64,000 bases of DNA, taken from assembly GCA_018653365.1 (NCBI GenBank), contig JABIAG010000001.1:128001-192000 (forward strand), read 5' to 3'. A program made the translations under genes and the position numbers. The notes beneath the pieces were generated by a model. It saw nothing but the letters and a program-made list of their open reading frames with translations, was not told the origin of the DNA and did no database searches. Shown one piece after another: positions 59,746 to 64,000 of this stretch (positions are counted from its first letter, which is position 1; each line of letters begins with the position of its first letter). Source of the DNA: Candidatus Woesearchaeota archaeon. Its GTDB lineage: Archaea; Nanobdellota; Nanobdellia; Woesearchaeales; JABIAG01.

Positions 59746-60049
59746 CTCTTTCAGTATGACCACATTTAGTACACTTAGTAAATTTACTTGGAGGTTCATC
59801 CGCTGAACGCATCTGCTTAATTTCGTAATAAGCTTTATCATTACCACACTTAACACAAAGCTGATCACAAACCGGAAGAACATTAACTTCTTTTTCAATA
59901 ACTTCCACAAGTTTTTCTTCTTTAATATTTTTATCTTTTAATTGAATGCCTTCTTCTTTAATCTCTTTAAACCCACAACCACATTGAAGTACGGTCTTAT
60001 TCTTTTCTTTTTTAGGGAACATAATACTCCCGCATTTTGGACAAAACAT
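59735..60049 (-). CDS. tfs: transcription factor S
   Basis: FCPKCG, C.KCG, QMRSADEP (acidic DE), C.KC. Confidence 0.95.
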   Translation of the reverse strand: MFCPKCGSIMFPKKEKNKTVLQCGCGFKEIKEEGIQLKDKNIKEEKLVEVIEKEVNVLPVCDQLCVKCGNDKAYYEIKQMRSADEPPSKFTKCTKCGHTERDDS

Positions 60050-60050
60050 T

Positions 60051-60656
60051 TTATATGATCAGACTCCAGACATTAACTGCCCAGATCTTAATCCAACCAA
60101 GATACGGAATCTTAAATAAAGCTTTCCCTATGATCTTATCTTTTTGGACTGGAGCGTCCACACCAGAATTATGATCTCCTTTAGTAACTATGTGAGTTTC
60201 ATTAACTGCAACAACTCGGTGGATTATTGGATAAACCCTTCCAGACCAATAAACAGGAATGTCTCCCTGGTTTATGGTTTTTTTACTTGAAAGAAAAATT
60301 ATGTCACCCATGTTAAATCCATTCTTCATTTTAAATTTAGAAAATTTAGCCTGATCAATATTTCTATCCTCATAAAGATCGCCACAAATCTCCCAATAAG
60401 AATTAAAGTTTATGTGTTTATCAATATCAAAATGTTTTCCACAAATAATGTAATCCTCAGTTAACTGATCATAAATTAAATCATGCTCCATACTACTTGA
60501 AACAACTGCAACAATTGGATGGGTTGTTCCTAATACTAATCCCAGTGCAGGGTAAAATAAGAACTTAATAATTACAAATGCTAGTATGATGTTAACAATC
60601 CAGGAAGTTATAGAATCATCATGCCAAATGAACTTCCAGATTTTCTTTAAAGTCAT
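60051..60656 (-). CDS. sec11: signal peptidase I (Sec11-type)
   Basis: VVSSSMEH, PIIHRV, TKGDHN. Confidence 0.92.
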   Translation of the reverse strand: MTLKKIWKFIWHDDSITSWIVNIILAFVIIKFLFYPALGLVLGTTHPIVAVVSSSMEHDLIYDQLTEDYIICGKHFDIDKHINFNSYWEICGDLYEDRNIDQAKFSKFKMKNGFNMGDIIFLSSKKTINQGDIPVYWSGRVYPIIHRVVAVNETHIVTKGDHNSGVDAPVQKDKIIGKALFKIPYLGWIKIWAVNVWSLII

Positions 60657-60704
60657 AAAGAAATAATAAAAATAAAACAATAAAAAGCTTTTGTTTTTCT
60701 ACCC

Positions 60705-60947
60705 TTATTTCTTTTTAGTTTTTTTCTTGGTAGCTTTCTTTTTAGCTGGTTTTTTCTTAGCTGCTTTTTTCTTGGTAGTTTTTTTAGCTGTTTTCTTAAC
60801 TGCTTTCTTTTTAACTACTTTTTTCTTAGAAACTTTTTTAGCTGCTTTTTTCTTAACCGGCTTTTTTTTAGCTGCTTTTTTTACTGCCTTCTTCCTAGAA
60901 GGTTTCTTTTTAGCTGCTTTTTTAGTTGCTTTCTTTTTTGCCATCAC
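60705..60947 (-). CDS. histone H1-like Lys/Ala-rich basic protein
   Basis: KKAAKKKP-type repeats; SD GGAGGTG; TATA upstream. Confidence 0.8.
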   Translation of the reverse strand: MMAKKKATKKAAKKKPSRKKAVKKAAKKKPVKKKAAKKVSKKKVVKKKAVKKTAKKTTKKKAAKKKPAKKKATKKKTKKK

Positions 60948-60992
60948 GCACCTCCTTTTTCAAAAAGTGAAACTTTTTAAATGTAACTGCGT

Positions 60993-61442
60993 GTGGTAGT
61001 ATTTAAATGTTATGATGTGATTTTTTTGGAAAAGAAAGCAGCAAATTATTTTGAGGGCACATTACAATTGAGAAAATGTAGTGATGAGATAATACTTTTT
61101 GTAGAAGGTTTATTCGAAGAATACAAAGTTGGAATTGCGTTAAAAACGAAATCTAAAAACGGATGGGATTACAAAGTAAGCTCAAACTCTTTTTTATCAA
61201 AGCTAAAAAATATTTTACAAAGAAAATACAATGGCAGATGTATTATGTCTAGAAAACTATTTACGCGTCACAAACAAACAGGTAAAGAGGTTTATCGAAT
61301 GACATTATTATTTGAAGAACTTCCATTTAAAGTAGGAGATATGATCTCGGATAGGGGCGATGAGGTTAAAGTGATCAAAATTGGTGAGAAGATAGTAGTT
61401 AAAAATGTAAAGACAGGGAAAAATTATTTCTTTAATCCATAA
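60993..61442 (+). CDS. NMD3-related protein (start uncertain)
   Basis: YFEGTLQLR, GWD, RKL......G..VYR.T; C-terminal KOW-like segment. Confidence 0.8.
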   Translation: MVVFKCYDVIFLEKKAANYFEGTLQLRKCSDEIILFVEGLFEEYKVGIALKTKSKNGWDYKVSSNSFLSKLKNILQRKYNGRCIMSRKLFTRHKQTGKEVYRMTLLFEELPFKVGDMISDRGDEVKVIKIGEKIVVKNVKTGKNYFFNP

Positions 61443-61497
61443 TACCAATTATAAACAATCAATAACTTTTTTAATTCTGAATAATTTAAATTTTTTT

Positions 61498-62535
61498 ATG
61501 ATAGAATTAGATGGAAATTATATGGAGGGCGGGGGACAAATTGTACGAATAGCATTAGCACTTTCTTGTTTAACAAACAAACCATTTAAGATTAAAGATA
61601 TTCGAAAAGGGCGAGGAGTGCCTGGATTGAAACATCAACACCTGAAAGCAGTCGAATTTCTTTCAGAAGTCACCCAGGCGTTTGTAGAGGGGGCAGAATT
61701 AAAAAGTACAAACCTAATTTTTTATCCCAGAAAAGAATTTTCAATAGGCAATATAGAAATTGATATAGAAACTGCGGGTTCAATAACGTTATTGTTACAA
61801 TCAATACTTCCTTCTTGCATTTTTAGTGAAAGAAAAAAAATAGTTTTGAAAATAAAGGGGGGTACGGATGTCGCGTGGAGTATGCCCTACGATTACTTAG
61901 TTAATGTTCTATTTCCACAACTAACTTCCTGGGCAGATATTGAAAGCAAACTTGTTAAACGAGGTTATTACCCAAAAGGGGGTGGCGAGATAGAACTAAT
62001 CATCAAACCAAAAGGAAAAAAAGAACTAATTCTTTTAGAACAAGGAAAGTTAGTACAAATAAAAGGTGTTGTTAACGCATCAAAAAGCTTACAGGAAAAG
62101 GGGGTAGTTGAAAGAATTGCACAAACTAGTGAATTAATGTTAAAAAGATTTGATAATCCAATAAATGTACGTAGAGAGTATTGCGAAAGTTATTCTGATG
62201 GATGTGGAATTGTTTTATGGGGAGTGTTCTCAAAGAATGGGGATGCAAACATAGATCCGGTACGTGTTGGTTCAGATGCGTTGGGAGAAAAAAGAAAAAG
62301 TTCAGAACAAGTTGGTAAAGAGTGCGTTGAAAAATTAGTGAAAGAAATAGAATCGGGTGCGCCTGTTGATGTACACCTAGCAGACAACCTTATTATTTAT
62401 TTAGGGATGGTAGGGGGTCAGATTAAAGTAAGTTCTGTTAGCGATCATGTTTTGAGTGCAATTTATGTGGTTGAACAATTTTTAGATGTAAAGTTTAAAG
62501 TAGAACAGAATTTAATCACAGTTGAGCAAGTTTAA
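61498..62535 (+). CDS. rtcA: RNA 3'-terminal phosphate cyclase
   Basis: EGGGQIVR, GL..QH, GGTDV, RGYYPKGGG, HLADNL. Confidence 0.96.
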   Translation: MIELDGNYMEGGGQIVRIALALSCLTNKPFKIKDIRKGRGVPGLKHQHLKAVEFLSEVTQAFVEGAELKSTNLIFYPRKEFSIGNIEIDIETAGSITLLLQSILPSCIFSERKKIVLKIKGGTDVAWSMPYDYLVNVLFPQLTSWADIESKLVKRGYYPKGGGEIELIIKPKGKKELILLEQGKLVQIKGVVNASKSLQEKGVVERIAQTSELMLKRFDNPINVRREYCESYSDGCGIVLWGVFSKNGDANIDPVRVGSDALGEKRKSSEQVGKECVEKLVKEIESGAPVDVHLADNLIIYLGMVGGQIKVSSVSDHVLSAIYVVEQFLDVKFKVEQNLITVEQV

Positions 62536-64000
62536 TCTCAGTTTTTAATTGTCGTAAAGCATAATTAACCTTTCTTCGTTCATCAGCATTATCTATTTTT
62601 ACTGAAATTCTTTCAGTTCGAGTTATTAACTCATTAGCCTCATCAAATCTTCCAGATTTGATTAAAGAATCCGCAGTTGAAAGTAAACTATCAAAATCAC
62701 TAACCTCTTCTAACATTGCAGTTTGAGGCATTGCTTGTTGTGTGAACTGTTGTTGAACTGGTTGAGGTTGAAACTGTTGTTGGGGGATTGGTTGCGGAAC
62801 AGGTTGAGGTTGTTGTTGGATTGGTTGAGTCGGAGGTTGTTGTACTTGTTGGGGGGGTTGTTTTTCTGTAAGAAGTTTTTTAATCTTATCAAACCTGCCC
62901 TGAACCTGTTGATGAGGTTGCGGTTGAACTAAACTCGCAGAAAGTTCTTGAAGTTTAGTTTCACGATCTGCAAGAACACGTGCTTTGTCCTCAACTAAGG
63001 TTCTGCCCTGTTCAATTTCCATAATATGATTTTGTTTTTCAGCTCTAAGTCTGTCAATTTCGTTTTTTCTAGAAGCAATAGTCTGTTCAAGTAATACTTT
63101 TTGCCTTTGTAAATTTTCAACCTCAATTGCTGCAGAATCTCGAGTTTTTATAGAACCCTCAATGCTAACCCCTTTAGTTTTTAATTCTTGTTCTTTGGTT
63201 AATAATTCTTCAACTCTTGTTTCTGTTAATCGTTTTAAAGATTCAAGGTTGCCTTTTGCTTCCATTAAATCAGAACCAATCTTTTTAAGATACATCTCTC
63301 GTTTTTCTAAATCTGCTAATTTTTTAAATTGAGAACCCATTGCACGCTTATCGGCATTAAGTTTTTGAATGGAAGCTTCCAGATCTCCTTTTTCAGCAAT
63401 CAGCTGATTCATTCTTGCCTCTCTTGCTAGTAAGTTTTTATTTTTATTTTCAAACTGTTGATTAAGATAACCAATCATTTGTTTTAACTCCTCAATCTTT
63501 CGTTCTTTTCTAGCAAGACCCATCTCTTTTTCAGCAAGTTGTTTTTCAAATACGTGAAGTTGATTAACACGTTTAGGAGCATAACTAACATTTTCTCGAA
63601 GCTTAAGCTCTTTTTCTTTTTTAGAAAGAATTTGCCTAACACTTTCTAACTTCTTAAGAATGCTATTAACTTCAGCATGTTTTTTCTTTAATGATAAATC
63701 CTGTTTTTGTGTTTGTTTTGGAAGCGGAACTGCTTTTTTTAATTTAAGTTCTGATTCTTTTCTCTTTAACAACTTTCTAGCTTCAGAAAGTTTAACAACC
63801 ATTTGTTTAACAGCTTCCTCTCTTTTTCTAAGTGTTTCAGCGGCTCGTTTAGAATTGTTATCAACGTTAGATATGTTAATTAACCCTCGTTTGTCTTTAA
63901 TCGCTCTTTCAATAGCCTTCTTTTTTAATTCTAAAGACTTAGCTTCCTTTTCTAATCTGTTGATGTGCTTTTCTTTCTTTGAGATAACTTTTTCTCTAGC
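62516..64000 (-). CDS. long coiled-coil protein with QP-rich linker, 5'-truncated by window edge
   Basis: Frame stays open from 63802 to 64000 (AREKVISKKEKH...); heptad repeats. Confidence 0.8.
   Translation of the reverse strand, partial: AREKVISKKEKHINRLEKEAKSLELKKKAIERAIKDKRGLINISNVDNNSKRAAETLRKREEAVKQMVVKLSEARKLLKRKESELKLKKAVPLPKQTQKQDLSLKKKHAEVNSILKKLESVRQILSKKEKELKLRENVSYAPKRVNQLHVFEKQLAEKEMGLARKERKIEELKQMIGYLNQQFENKNKNLLAREARMNQLIAEKGDLEASIQKLNADKRAMGSQFKKLADLEKREMYLKKIGSDLMEAKGNLESLKRLTETRVEELLTKEQELKTKGVSIEGSIKTRDSAAIEVENLQRQKVLLEQTIASRKNEIDRLRAEKQNHIMEIEQGRTLVEDKARVLADRETKLQELSASLVQPQPHQQVQGRFDKIKKLLTEKQPPQQVQQPPTQPIQQQPQPVPQPIPQQQFQPQPVQQQFTQQAMPQTAMLEEVSDFDSLLSTADSLIKSGRFDEANELITRTERISVKIDNADERRKVNYALRQLKTEIKLAQL

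Noticed and set aside
60691-60999. Phe/Leu-rich + strand ORF
   Set aside because: Antisense mirror of the Lys/Ala-rich gene, which has the SD and TATA

Overview
AT-rich archaeal chromosome segment. Gene content (cdc6, taw1, dhs, archaeal CCA enzyme, TFS, rtcA, nreA, compact AlaRS), the 16S signature and mostly leaderless TATA promoters point to a DPANN archaeon, most likely Woesearchaeota; this assignment is by recognition, not by database search. The window holds a linked 16S-tRNA-Ala(intron)-23S operon with no 5S and about 65 CDS. No CRISPR array, transposase or integrase was seen. Main candidates for new biology: (1) an unannotated operon of three 36-37 aa microproteins (14360-14754) in the 'empty' region near cdc6, with strong SD sites, leader and trailer hairpins and inverted repeats, bracketed by two copies of a palindromic repeat; (2) that repeat family (TACAACAAAAATC-nnn-GATTTTTGAGCA), one copy of which is inserted in-frame in a protein gene with a compensatory base-pair change; (3) a Doc/Fic-like gene lacking its catalytic motif, paired with an RHH gene and a four-box operator; (4) a viperin-like radical SAM + B12-type radical SAM + PHP islet; (5) a RimK + DUF1704/MATCAP-like peptidase pair with a nearby FGase; (6) a Cys-rich surface protein with an apparently permuted ZU5-like domain; (7) a hairpin leader upstream of the dhs-decarboxylase operon.
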